Below are positions 11,807 to 21,336 of a DNA stretch of 64,000 bases, piece after piece. Made by a program: the position numbers and the translations under genes. Source of the stretch: Bythopirellula sp. GTDB lineage: Bacteria > Planctomycetota > Planctomycetia > Pirellulales > Lacipirellulaceae. The DNA is taken from assembly GCA_965216565.1 (NCBI GenBank), contig OZ244170.1, positions 4,512,001-4,576,000 on the forward strand, written 5' to 3'. Positions within the stretch are counted from its first letter, which is position 1. Each line of letters starts with the position of its first letter. The notes under the pieces were generated by a model that made no database searches, was not told the DNA's origin, and saw only the letters and a program-made list of their open reading frames with translations.

Positions 11807-14800
11807 ATGTTCAGAGCCCTTTTGTTGTTGCTATTTGCTCTGACTATTTCTTTGTTCTTTACTACCGCAGCGACTCACGCCGAGTGTAGTGTCGAAGGTT
11901 TACGCTGCGAATACTTGATCGACCCTATGGGTATCGATGAGAATCAGCCGCGGCTTAGCTGGATAATTCGCTCCGACGATCGGGCCCAAATTCAGACTGC
12001 CTATCAAGTCTTGGTAGCCGACTCGGCTCAGGCACTCGCCGAGAATCGGGCAACTTTTTGGGACAGCGGCAAAGTGGCAAGTGGCAATTCCACGGCGGTC
12101 GTCTGCGCCGGCAATCCCCTCGACTCGGGTCAGCGGTGTTTTTGGAAGGTGCGGGTATGGGACAATCACGGCAATCCAAGTGGCTGGAGTTCACCGGCCC
12201 AGTGGAGCATGGGACTCCTGCACCCTGGCGATTGGCAGGCGGAGTGGATCGGTTACGACGCAGAGCGAGACGTAGTCGCGCGAGAGGCACCATTCGCGGG
12301 ATCCAGTTGGATCTGTGATGCCGAAAACGATTTAAAAAAAGTTCCGGCGGGCGATCAGTATTTCGTCAAACGATTCGAAATTCCAGAAGGCGTGGAAATT
12401 GAAAACGCCGATCTTCTGGCAATCGCGGACGATCAGCTCTGGGTTTCGTGTAACGGCCAGTTCGTCATTTCTGCTGAGACGGGTTGGAAAAAAGTGAAGC
12501 CCTTTGATGCGACCGAGGTGTTGCAAACGGGCCAAAACGAAATCCGGGTGAGACTGAACAACGGTTCGGTGGGCCCTGCGGGCATGTTGCTGCGGTTGGA
12601 AATCACTCTGGACGATAGGAAGAAACCCGTAGTAGTGAGTGATGGGTCGTGGATGATCGGCGATTTGGACATCGACTATTGGCCCTATCAGAAGCTTGAC
12701 AATTCGAAGCTAAAGGCATGTCGAGTCATTGGCGACTATGGCTGTCGGCCCTGGGGGAAGTGTGAACTGCAAGAGCTCTTTCTGCCACCCGTTTCTCGTC
12801 TGCGAACGGAGTTTCAAGTCGAAAAACCGATCGCGATGGCGACTCTTTATGTATCAGCACTGGGTAACTGCAATGCTTCTTTGAATGGTGCGCTTGTCTC
12901 GGAAGAGTTTTTCACCCCCGGTTGGACTGACTACACGAAGCGGGTTTACTATCGAAGCTGCGATGTCACGCCAATGCTACGATCGGGCAAGAACGCTCTG
13001 GGAGTTGAACTCGCTGATGGTTGGTTTAGCGGCTATATCGGCTGGGGGCGGAACCGAAATCACTACGGAAAGAATCCCAGAGCCAAAGTTCAGCTCAACA
13101 TCCAGAACGCCGACGGTACCTCGGCAGTCGTAGGCACCGACCCCAACTGGAAAGCCACCGCCGGACCGACGAGGGAGGCGGATTTCTTGATGGGCGAAGC
13201 GTTCGATGCGACTGCCGCCCAGCCAGACTGGTGTACGTCTCAGTATGACGCTCATGCATGGAGTGATGTAGATGTAGGTGCCAAGGTGGAGCCAATTCTG
13301 GAGCCGCACCCAGGGCCTCCCGTGGTTGCCATTGAAGAATTCCAACCCGTGGCCATTACGGAACCCCGTCCCGGAACTTACATATTCGATTTGGGGCAGT
13401 ACATAGCCGGTGTGGCGAGGCTGAAAGTGAAAGGCAAGCAGGGGCAAATAATCAAACTTCGCTTTGGAGAGCGGCTTCAATCGGATGGGACTCTCTACAC
13501 GGCGAATCTTCGCGGCGCCCGCACGCTAGACACCTACATTTGCCGCGGATCAGGCGTCGAGACTTGGTTGCCTCGGTTTACGTTTCATGGATTCCAGTAC
13601 GTAGAAGTGACTGGTCTCGATCGTGAACCTGCCGACGACACGATCACTGGCATCGCCTTAAGCAGTAAGACGCCACGTGCCGGATCATTTGAATGCTCAG
13701 ACGACCAACTAAACCGCCTCTACAAGAACGTGCTGTGGACCCAGTATGCCAACTTTATCGATGTCCCCACCGATTGTCCGCAACGGGACGAGCGCTTGGG
13801 TTGGACCGGGGATGCCCAGGTGTATGTGGCCACCGCTTGCTTGAATACGGATGTTCACGCGTTCTTTCGTAAATGGTTAGTAGATTTGGTCGATGCACAG
13901 CGCGACGACGGACAGTTCCCAATGGTGGCTCCCTTAAAAGTGGCTGGAGACGACGGTGGACCAGCTTGGGCAGATGCTGGCGTCATTTGTCCTTGGACCA
14001 TCTACAAGACCTATGGCGACCAACGACTCTTGGAAAAGCACTATCCCTCGATGCGCCGCTATGTAGATTTCTGTCGCAACCGGAGCCAGGAAAACCTTTT
14101 GCCGCCGGAGAAGTACCATTGCTTTGGCGATTGGCTTAGCATCGGGGCAGATACGCCGAAGGACATCATCTACACGGCCTACTTTGCTCATTGCACCAGG
14201 CTCTTGGCTCAGGCGGCAGAAGTTCTCGGTAAACGGCAAGACGCCAAAGAGTACTATGCACTTTTTCAAGAGATCAAATCTGCATTCAATAATGCCTACG
14301 TCGACGAACAAGGCCGCATTCTTGGAGATACCCAGTGCTGCTATGTGTTGGCCTTAGCCTATGACCTGGTCGATGGGGAACGAAAAAAACAGGCAGCAGA
14401 TTACTTGGTCGAAAAGATTGCGGACCGCGACTATCATTTGTCGACCGGATTTGTGGGTACCAAAGATTTGATGTTAGTGCTTTCTGCAATTGGGCGCAAT
14501 GATATTGCCTACCGGCTAATTCACAACGACACTTTTCCTTCCTGGGGCTTCTCAATCAAACATGGCGCAACAAGCATCTGGGAACGGTGGGACGGTTGGA
14601 CGCCGAAGAAGGGTTTCCAAGATCCGGGCATGAATTCGTTTGCTCACTATTCATTCGGAGCTGTTTACCAATGGATGGTGGAAAACATCGGCGGAATTCG
14701 CAGCCTGGAGCCAGGTTATAAGAGAATCGAGATTGCCCCGCAGCCAGATGGGAAACTTAAGTGGGCAAAAACCGACTACCACTGCATCTACGGCCGAATC

Positions 14801-15028
14801 GCGTCACACTGGCGGATCAAAAACGACAAATTTCACTTGGCTGTGACGATTCCACCGAACACTTCCGCCCGAGTCCGGTTGCCACAGTCACTGCCAAGCC
14901 ATATCAAAGAAGGTGGCTACGCTCTTGCAGAGTCTCCAGGGATCAAGGACGTTCGAAAAGACTCTGCCGATACGGTCATCGAATTGGGATCTGGTTCCTA
15001 TTCCTTTGTGACGAAGCACGGAGACTGA
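11807..15028 (+). CDS. GH78 family alpha-L-rhamnosidase-like glycosidase, secreted
   Basis: LRCEY..DP.GID...PRLSW, PGWTDY.KRV.Y, DLGQ, FTFHGFQYVEV, PTDCPQRDERLGWTGD, GATSIWERWD and MNSFAHY. ATG at 11807 is preferred over GTG at 11741. Confidence 0.93.
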   Translation: MFRALLLLLFALTISLFFTTAATHAECSVEGLRCEYLIDPMGIDENQPRLSWIIRSDDRAQIQTAYQVLVADSAQALAENRATFWDSGKVASGNSTAVVCAGNPLDSGQRCFWKVRVWDNHGNPSGWSSPAQWSMGLLHPGDWQAEWIGYDAERDVVAREAPFAGSSWICDAENDLKKVPAGDQYFVKRFEIPEGVEIENADLLAIADDQLWVSCNGQFVISAETGWKKVKPFDATEVLQTGQNEIRVRLNNGSVGPAGMLLRLEITLDDRKKPVVVSDGSWMIGDLDIDYWPYQKLDNSKLKACRVIGDYGCRPWGKCELQELFLPPVSRLRTEFQVEKPIAMATLYVSALGNCNASLNGALVSEEFFTPGWTDYTKRVYYRSCDVTPMLRSGKNALGVELADGWFSGYIGWGRNRNHYGKNPRAKVQLNIQNADGTSAVVGTDPNWKATAGPTREADFLMGEAFDATAAQPDWCTSQYDAHAWSDVDVGAKVEPILEPHPGPPVVAIEEFQPVAITEPRPGTYIFDLGQYIAGVARLKVKGKQGQIIKLRFGERLQSDGTLYTANLRGARTLDTYICRGSGVETWLPRFTFHGFQYVEVTGLDREPADDTITGIALSSKTPRAGSFECSDDQLNRLYKNVLWTQYANFIDVPTDCPQRDERLGWTGDAQVYVATACLNTDVHAFFRKWLVDLVDAQRDDGQFPMVAPLKVAGDDGGPAWADAGVICPWTIYKTYGDQRLLEKHYPSMRRYVDFCRNRSQENLLPPEKYHCFGDWLSIGADTPKDIIYTAYFAHCTRLLAQAAEVLGKRQDAKEYYALFQEIKSAFNNAYVDEQGRILGDTQCCYVLALAYDLVDGERKKQAADYLVEKIADRDYHLSTGFVGTKDLMLVLSAIGRNDIAYRLIHNDTFPSWGFSIKHGATSIWERWDGWTPKKGFQDPGMNSFAHYSFGAVYQWMVENIGGIRSLEPGYKRIEIAPQPDGKLKWAKTDYHCIYGRIASHWRIKNDKFHLAVTIPPNTSARVRLPQSLPSHIKEGGYALAESPGIKDVRKDSADTVIELGSGSYSFVTKHGD

Positions 15029-15251
15029 ACCTAATCTCGTGAGCGGTGCCAGTGGTTTGAGAAAACCAAGCAGCGAGCACTTCGATGGTTCTTGCTAAAT
15101 ACCGTCTGTAAGTAACCGATGAGGAATTCGAGATCGCTGCTGAGCTACCAAGTGAATCGCTGCAGCAAGAATCGGAATTAAAAGAAGTGCACCGGGTGGG
15201 AAGGAATACTTCGAAAACGGTGCTACGTCGCGAGATTCCTGAATGAAAAAG

Positions 15252-15325
15252 TGGGCGATAGAAGACTCGAACTTCTGACCCCTAGCTTGTCGAGCTAGTG
15301 CTCTAACCAACTGAGCTAATCGCCC
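15252..15325 (-). tRNA. trnV: tRNA-Val(GAC), CCA not encoded
   Basis: Complete cloverleaf: acceptor GGGCGAT/ATCGCCC, D arm GCTC-AGTTGGTTA-GAGC, anticodon stem CTAGC/GCTAG with loop TCGACAA, T arm AGAAG-TTCGAGT-CTTCT, discriminator A. Confidence 0.95.
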
Positions 15326-15512
15326 TTTTGTCACGGACCCTGGCATGTGGTCTGTGAAGGATTACCGAGTTTACCATTCCCCCTGCCCCCGCGGTAGGGC
15401 TACCTGAATCACCTGTGATTATGCCGTGTTTTGCCATTCCCACCGGCTTTTTGAGAGAAAGCCTCTAGTCTGGGGGAAGTGCGGCCATATCCAGGTTGTC
15501 AACTAGCCTCGG

Positions 15513-15806
15513 ATGCGTTCTATTCTACGGTGGTTGCACGAAGCCCTACTGACGGTCTTTGCTGCCAGCCGTGGAACAGAACAAAACAGGAATGGCCAAG
15601 CGACACGGAAGTGGTCGCATTGCCGAAAAGCAATGAATCTCAATCGCCGAGAATCTTTTGCCATGGGAGAGTTGGCACTCTTTGTGTCAGCTTGGATCCT
15701 TGCGCTTCTTGCGACACTCAATGATTATCGTTCGTTCAGTAACGATGTCGCCAGGAATGGTGAGCCAACAGCTACGGAAATTCCTGCAGAGGGTGCCTTA
15801 GACTAA
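15513..15806 (+). CDS. Possible small membrane protein (hypothetical)
   Basis: The ORF fills the gap between the tRNA and der and has one hydrophobic segment (LALFVSAWILALLATL). The true start may be an internal ATG. No family recognised. Confidence 0.3.
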   Translation: MRSILRWLHEALLTVFAASRGTEQNRNGQATRKWSHCRKAMNLNRRESFAMGELALFVSAWILALLATLNDYRSFSNDVARNGEPTATEIPAEGALD

Positions 15807-15854
15807 CCGGCTGGTCTGCGTCTCCAGGTTGCGGCCGTAGGAAACGACTTCTAC

Positions 15855-17231
15855 CTAGCTATCTTCTTGGGCCACTTCAGGCTCGTCGGCGCCAACTTCG
15901 TCGCGTTGATCATTGGATTGCCTCTTGCGTAGATACAGCTTGATAGGCACTTCTTCAAAGTGCAGCTGGTCGCGCACGGCGCTCAATAGATACCGTTGGT
16001 AAGGACGTCCAAGAGCACGTGGGTCGTTGCAGAACAAGACCAGGGTTGGCGGCTGGATACCCACCTGTGTGCCGTAGAAAATTTTGGGGCGTCGGTTTTG
16101 ATACACCGAGGGCGGGTTGCGTCGGACTGCTTCGCGAAGTAACCGATTGAGCACGCCGGTAGTGATTCGCTGCCGCGATTGTTTGAACAGCATTTGCCCG
16201 TGATTGAGCAACGCTTTCACATTGCGGCCCGTTTCTCCCGTGATGAAGGCAATGGGTGCGAATCGCATGGTCCTGAATGTGTCGTAGAGATAGCGAACCC
16301 ATTTTTCCGTGGGCATCGATTTGGCCATGATGTCCCACTTGTTGACCACGAGCACACAAGGTTTGTACTGCTGACTAATGTAGTCACAAAGTTGTTTGTC
16401 GACTTTGCTGATTCGTTGGCTGGCGTCGAGAAACAAGAAAACCACATCCGCCCGTCGGATGCTTCGTTGGGCGCGATGAGTTCCGTAGAAATCGATCGCA
16501 GCCCCCCGACTTTGCGCGCGGCGAATGCCAGGCGTATCGATGGCGACAAACGCTTTGCCGTCCAATTCAAAGCGGACGTCCACGCTGTCGCGAGTTGTGC
16601 CAGGCACTTCGCTGACGATCATACGCTTGGTTTGAGATAAAGTGTTGACGAATGTGCTCTTGCCCACATTGCGGCGGCCGACAATGGCGACCTTCATCTC
16701 GGGCTCTTCAGAGTCTTCCTCTTCAATCGTTTCCGGGGGCAACCGCTCCAAGAGCATATTTAGGAGCACCGCTCGATTGCGATTCTGTTGTGTGCTTACA
16801 GAAATGATCTTGCCGCGACCGAGTCGATAAAAATCGGCGGCCGAATCATCCAGCTTTTGGTCATCTGCCTTATTAGCAACACAGATAACCGGCACATCGA
16901 CGTGTCGCAACCGATGGGCCACCTCCTCGTCTAGGGGCAGCAACCCAGCGCGAGTATCGACCACAAACAGGATGACCGAAGCAGAGTCGATCGCCATCTG
17001 AATCTGATCTTCAATGTGCTGGGTGAGATTGTCTTCGTCTTGAATGCCGATGCCGCCGGTATCGACCAACTCGAAATAGCGATCCTGATGCGACATGAGA
17101 TAGTCGACCCTATCTCTCGTGACTCCAGGGCGATCTTCGACGATGGCCAGGCGTATGCCAGCCAGCCAATTTAGCAGGCTGCTTTTGCCTACATTGGGCC
17201 GACCTACGATTACCACCTTGGGGACTGCCAT
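15855..17231 (-). CDS. der: Ribosome biogenesis GTPase Der (EngA)
   Basis: Tandem G domains (GRPNVGKS/DTGG/NKAD and GRRNVGKS/DTPG/NKWD) and a C-terminal KH-like domain. Confidence 0.97.
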   Translation of the reverse strand: MAVPKVVIVGRPNVGKSSLLNWLAGIRLAIVEDRPGVTRDRVDYLMSHQDRYFELVDTGGIGIQDEDNLTQHIEDQIQMAIDSASVILFVVDTRAGLLPLDEEVAHRLRHVDVPVICVANKADDQKLDDSAADFYRLGRGKIISVSTQQNRNRAVLLNMLLERLPPETIEEEDSEEPEMKVAIVGRRNVGKSTFVNTLSQTKRMIVSEVPGTTRDSVDVRFELDGKAFVAIDTPGIRRAQSRGAAIDFYGTHRAQRSIRRADVVFLFLDASQRISKVDKQLCDYISQQYKPCVLVVNKWDIMAKSMPTEKWVRYLYDTFRTMRFAPIAFITGETGRNVKALLNHGQMLFKQSRQRITTGVLNRLLREAVRRNPPSVYQNRRPKIFYGTQVGIQPPTLVLFCNDPRALGRPYQRYLLSAVRDQLHFEEVPIKLYLRKRQSNDQRDEVGADEPEVAQEDS

Positions 17232-17477
17232 GACTGGACTCAACTAGGAGAAAGGTTTCTTGGGGAATAAGACTACATGATAGTTGAGGCGAGACACCGT
17301 GAACAACTGCTTTCTCAATAACAAAAATCGATTGCGAATGTGGCCCCCTTACCTCCAAGACGACATTTCACGTAGACTGAGCCTGGATCAACTGAATAAG
17401 CGATCCACTCTTAGACGGTCTAGGCAGCTAGATTGTTCGTTCCCGACGGGAAAATATTCGACTTACGGTCCGCTAGG

Positions 17478-18263
17478 ATGGGCAGTCCCTTGCAAGATCC
17501 ACAATCTATCGATGTTACTAGACTCGTTCGACAATCGCTGGAAAGCCAAGCTGCTGCTGGGGTTCAGCAATTACCGAAGGCAGTGAAAGCTCCCCAAGAA
17601 CCAATTCAAGAATCGTCCACAACCGGCGTGCCGTCCCCGGACTCACCCCTTCCCGGAGCACAAACTGACATGCTCGATTCAAATGCCGGCGAGATATCTG
17701 CCGCCCCCAACCTCAAAGTTTTGCAAACTGAAGTTGCGGGCTGTACTCTCTGCGACGAGCTAGCCAGCACTCGAAATCAGACGGTCTTTGGAGTTGGAAG
17801 TCCTAAGGCCAAATTGTGCTTTCTGGGTGAGGCACCCGGGGCAGAAGAAGATCGGCTCGGCGAACCGTTTGTCGGCAGGGCGGGAAAGCTCCTCGACAAG
17901 ATCTTGGAAGCTTGTGGGCTGGCTCGCGAAGAGGTTTACATCCTGAATGTCTTGAAGTGTCGGCCTCCAGGCAATCGAAACCCGACCTCAGACGAATCAG
18001 CTAATTGCCGCCGCTATCTGAATCGACAGTTGGAATTGATCGACCCGGAGTATATCTGTTGTTTGGGAGCAGTCGCTGCCCAAAACCTACTGGATACTCA
18101 GACCGCGATTGGACGTCTGCGCGGCAAGACACACGAGTATCGAGGGATCAAGGTTGTATGCACTTACCATCCCGCGTATTTGCTTCGCAATCCTTCGGCA
18201 AAGCAGCATACCTGGGACGATATGAAGCTCTTAATGCGCGAAATGGGTACACCCGTAGATTAA
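17478..18263 (+). CDS. Family 4 (Fe-S) uracil-DNA glycosylase
   Basis: [35 protein letters not shown] and [10 protein letters not shown]. The start is uncertain (17433 or 17478). Confidence 0.93.
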   Translation: MGSPLQDPQSIDVTRLVRQSLESQAAAGVQQLPKAVKAPQEPIQESSTTGVPSPDSPLPGAQTDMLDSNAGEISAAPNLKVLQTEVAGCTLCDELASTRNQTVFGVGSPKAKLCFLGEAPGAEEDRLGEPFVGRAGKLLDKILEACGLAREEVYILNVLKCRPPGNRNPTSDESANCRRYLNRQLELIDPEYICCLGAVAAQNLLDTQTAIGRLRGKTHEYRGIKVVCTYHPAYLLRNPSAKQHTWDDMKLLMREMGTPVD

Positions 18264-18289
18264 ACTCGCAAGATGTTGGCAGCCCACGC

Positions 18290-19891
18290 CTACACGCCGG
18301 CACCGGCTGCAATTTTTGGGCCCGCACTCTTTACTGCGTCTGATGCGTCGCTTTCGTACTTCTTGAAATTGTCGCTGAATAGCGAAGCCAGCTTGTGAGC
18401 TGTTGCGTCAAACGCGGCTTTGTCTTTCCACGTTTGTTTCGGGACGAGAATCTCAGCAGGAACACCTGAGCAACTTTTCGGAATTTCGAGACCAAACACA
18501 GAATCGGTTTGCGTTTCTGCTTCCGCCAACGAGCCATCGTGAATGGCGTGGATTATCGCGCGTGTGTGCTTGAGGCTAATGCGAGAACCAACTCCGTATG
18601 CACCGCCACTCCAGCCAGTATTGACCAGCCAGGCATTTGCCTTGTGCTGTCGCATTTGCGAAGCCAGAAGCTCTGCGTACTTAGCAGGATGCCAAGCGAG
18701 AAATGGTCCGCCAAAGCAGGGGCTGAAGGTTGCCTCTGGCTCGGTCACTCCGACTTCGGTGCCGGCAACTTTTGCGGTGTAGCCGCTAATGAAATGGTAC
18801 ATCGCTTGCTCAGGCGACAACCGTCCCACGGGTGGCAGCACACCGAACGCATCGCAGGTGAGAAACACTATGTTCTGCGGATGTCCTCCTTCGCAGGGAA
18901 TCTTGGCATGGTCGATGAACTCGATAGGATAGCTCGCTCGCGTGTTCTCGGTGAGTGAGCTATCGGTATAGTCAACTTCGCGAGTTAGCGGGTCCTGGAC
19001 GGTATTTTCCAGAACGGTTCCAAACCGAATCGCCTGGAAGATCTCTGGTTCCTTTTCCGCAGACAAATTGATGCACTTGGCGTAGCAACCCCCTTCGATG
19101 TTGAAGACACCTTGATCGGTCCAGTAGTGCTCGTCGTCGCCGATGAGTTGGCGCTCAGGATCAGCCGATAGAGTCGTCTTGCCGGTACCCGAGAGACCGA
19201 AAAACAGTGAAACATCTCCCTGCACGCCTTCGTTAGCAGAGCAATGCATGGACAAGTGGCCCATCTTCGGCATCAGGTAATTCATGATGGTGAAGATGCC
19301 TTTCTTCATCTCGCCGGCGTACTGAGTGCCAAGTATGACGAATTCTTTGGTAGCAAAGTTGAGAGCCACACTGGTCTTACTCTCGACACCTTCGATGCTA
19401 GGGTCGGCGTCGGCGCTGCCAGCGTTGAACACCACATAGTCGGGCTCGCCAAATTCAGTCAATTCGTCTGCGGTTGGCCGAATAAGCATGTTATGCATGA
19501 ACAGGGCGTGGTAAGGCCGCGAGCAGATTATGCGGACTTTAATCCGCGTTGCAGGATCCCAACCGGCGAAGCCATCGATTGCATACAGTTCTTGGCAGGT
19601 GTTGAGAAAATCGAGAGCCGTCTGCTTCGTTTTTGCAAAGGAGTCTTCGGAGAATGGAATGTTGACATTTCCCCACCAAATATCGTCCTTGCTGCCGGGC
19701 TCTTCGACTACGCGCTTGTCCTTCGGGCTACGGCCTTTTTTGGCCCCCGAGTCGGCGAAGATGGCACCGCTGGCAACAATCTGGCTGCCATCCTTCAAGA
19801 TGCCATCTTCGTAGAGCTTGGCTGGTGAGGGATTGCGATGGATTTGAGTTACGTGAATTCCGGAAGTTGCTAGATCCATAGATTGGCTCAT
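18290..19891 (-). CDS. pckA: Phosphoenolpyruvate carboxykinase (ATP)
   Basis: GRSPKDK, YAGEMKKG, MHCSAN, GLSGTGKTTLS, LIGDDEH, EGGCYAK and ENTRASYP. Confidence 0.98.
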   Translation of the reverse strand: MSQSMDLATSGIHVTQIHRNPSPAKLYEDGILKDGSQIVASGAIFADSGAKKGRSPKDKRVVEEPGSKDDIWWGNVNIPFSEDSFAKTKQTALDFLNTCQELYAIDGFAGWDPATRIKVRIICSRPYHALFMHNMLIRPTADELTEFGEPDYVVFNAGSADADPSIEGVESKTSVALNFATKEFVILGTQYAGEMKKGIFTIMNYLMPKMGHLSMHCSANEGVQGDVSLFFGLSGTGKTTLSADPERQLIGDDEHYWTDQGVFNIEGGCYAKCINLSAEKEPEIFQAIRFGTVLENTVQDPLTREVDYTDSSLTENTRASYPIEFIDHAKIPCEGGHPQNIVFLTCDAFGVLPPVGRLSPEQAMYHFISGYTAKVAGTEVGVTEPEATFSPCFGGPFLAWHPAKYAELLASQMRQHKANAWLVNTGWSGGAYGVGSRISLKHTRAIIHAIHDGSLAEAETQTDSVFGLEIPKSCSGVPAEILVPKQTWKDKAAFDATAHKLASLFSDNFKKYESDASDAVKSAGPKIAAGAGV

Positions 19892-20034
19892 AGTTGCCTA
19901 TAGCTGGATTCGCAAAAATGCAGCTCATAAGTGCTCTAAGGAATTGCTTAGAAAAGCAAAGCTCCATTGCCTGCTTCAAGTGGTTGTATATTCTAGGACC
20001 CGCACTGAAACCTGACCATACAAGAATCGAGAAG

Positions 20035-21336
20035 TCAGGCCCAAGTTCGATGGGGCCGTAGACAAAGCACTGCACAGATTAATGCGAGAGCTACAGAACT
20101 TGGTTCAGGAACCGCTCGCACTTCGCTACCAATACTGGTCGCGTAGCTGGCACTCCAAATAGAGAGATCACTGGAGTCTACGTCTCCATCTCGATCAGCG
20201 TCTCCCTGAGAGAAATGGGCTCCGAGGGTCGTACCAAAACCAGTCTGCCAAGCGAGAAAGTCCAGCCCATCCACGCGATTATCTTCATTAAAGTCTGCAC
20301 TGAGGCTAGCAGACAGTGCAAAGCTAACCACCGTGTTCGAGCTGAATGGATCCCCCCCGTTACTATTGTCGACAACTCCCACCAGTACCCAATCGCCCGA
20401 GGCGAGCCGAGGTCCGAGCGTGAGGCCCTCCAGGTTCTGCCCTGCGGACCCGTCAATGGCACCCGACCACAGTAGTTGCTTGGTCACAGGGATATAGCTT
20501 TTTCCGACAAGTCCAGAGTCGAAGTTCGGGTCACTAACATCTGTAGCTAATGAGAAGTCAATTTCGTAGATTGAATTCAGGTAGGTGGGACTTCCTAATC
20601 CGCTCGCAGAACGCTCCAGCGCTAGCACCGTGCCATCGGGTAGAGCTACCAAATCAGCCAGTCCGCTGCGGTTGGGAATAAGTCCAGGATGAATCGGTTC
20701 GGTGACGTAGGCGTATTGCGATCCTGCGGTGTACGACCCACCATCGGCTTCCAGGTGCAACAGTCGCACCACCGACCCTGCCGACGTGGTCGAGAGAGAG
20801 CCATCGACGGTAAGGGCCTCCTCGTTGGCCGTCCACATCGTCTGGCCAGATGGAGAGAGAGCCAATGACTCGAAGCCCCGATTGCCCGCACGGTTGGCAA
20901 AAACACTGGGGATACTCAGATTTTGTAGCAGACCGCCAGTGGAGAAATCGTATTCTCGCACTCCTGGGTTATTCTCTTCGCTGACGTAAATTGAGTCTTG
21001 ATCAGCCCCGGTGTACGCAATGCCCTCGAAATCGAGCGTCTGGGGCAGTTGGAGTTGATCGGTGGTGGCAGCGGAAACAAGATTTCCAACCAAGTCCAGC
21101 TCCACCTCGAAACGATCTACTTTTCCGCCGTTGTCCTCGACCGCCGCGAACCGATGGGTTCCCAACGTGGAACCGGGGCCCAGATAGGTCACTCCGCTCA
21201 TTTCAGCGATGACGAAACCATTGGGATCTAGCTGAAGGTTATTTTGGAGGGCAACGTTCCATTTGCTGGCCTGGCAGGTGCAGGAAAGGGAGAAAGTCCC
21301 TAACACGAACAAACTAATCAGCAGCGTGCGTAACAT
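20035..21336 (-). CDS. 'Esterase-like activity of phytase' beta-propeller protein with dockerin-like repeat and PEP-CTERM
   Basis: Signal peptide; EMSG, DFEGI, NRGFESLA, LALERS and NLEGLTLGP; DFNEDNRVDGLDFLAWQ; C-terminal VPEPSS, TM segment and basic tail. Confidence 0.85.
   Translation of the reverse strand: MLRTLLISLFVLGTFSLSCTCQASKWNVALQNNLQLDPNGFVIAEMSGVTYLGPGSTLGTHRFAAVEDNGGKVDRFEVELDLVGNLVSAATTDQLQLPQTLDFEGIAYTGADQDSIYVSEENNPGVREYDFSTGGLLQNLSIPSVFANRAGNRGFESLALSPSGQTMWTANEEALTVDGSLSTTSAGSVVRLLHLEADGGSYTAGSQYAYVTEPIHPGLIPNRSGLADLVALPDGTVLALERSASGLGSPTYLNSIYEIDFSLATDVSDPNFDSGLVGKSYIPVTKQLLWSGAIDGSAGQNLEGLTLGPRLASGDWVLVGVVDNSNGGDPFSSNTVVSFALSASLSADFNEDNRVDGLDFLAWQTGFGTTLGAHFSQGDADRDGDVDSSDLSIWSASYATSIGSEVRAVPEPSSVALALICAVLCLRPHRTWA

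Noticed and set aside
15095..15346. 83-aa minus-strand ORF
   Set aside because: It reads through the tRNA-Val gene and is a shadow ORF.
17478..18263. UdgX (covalent uracil-binding UDG)
   Set aside because: It has GEAPG and lacks the KRRIH loop, so it is an ordinary family 4 UDG.
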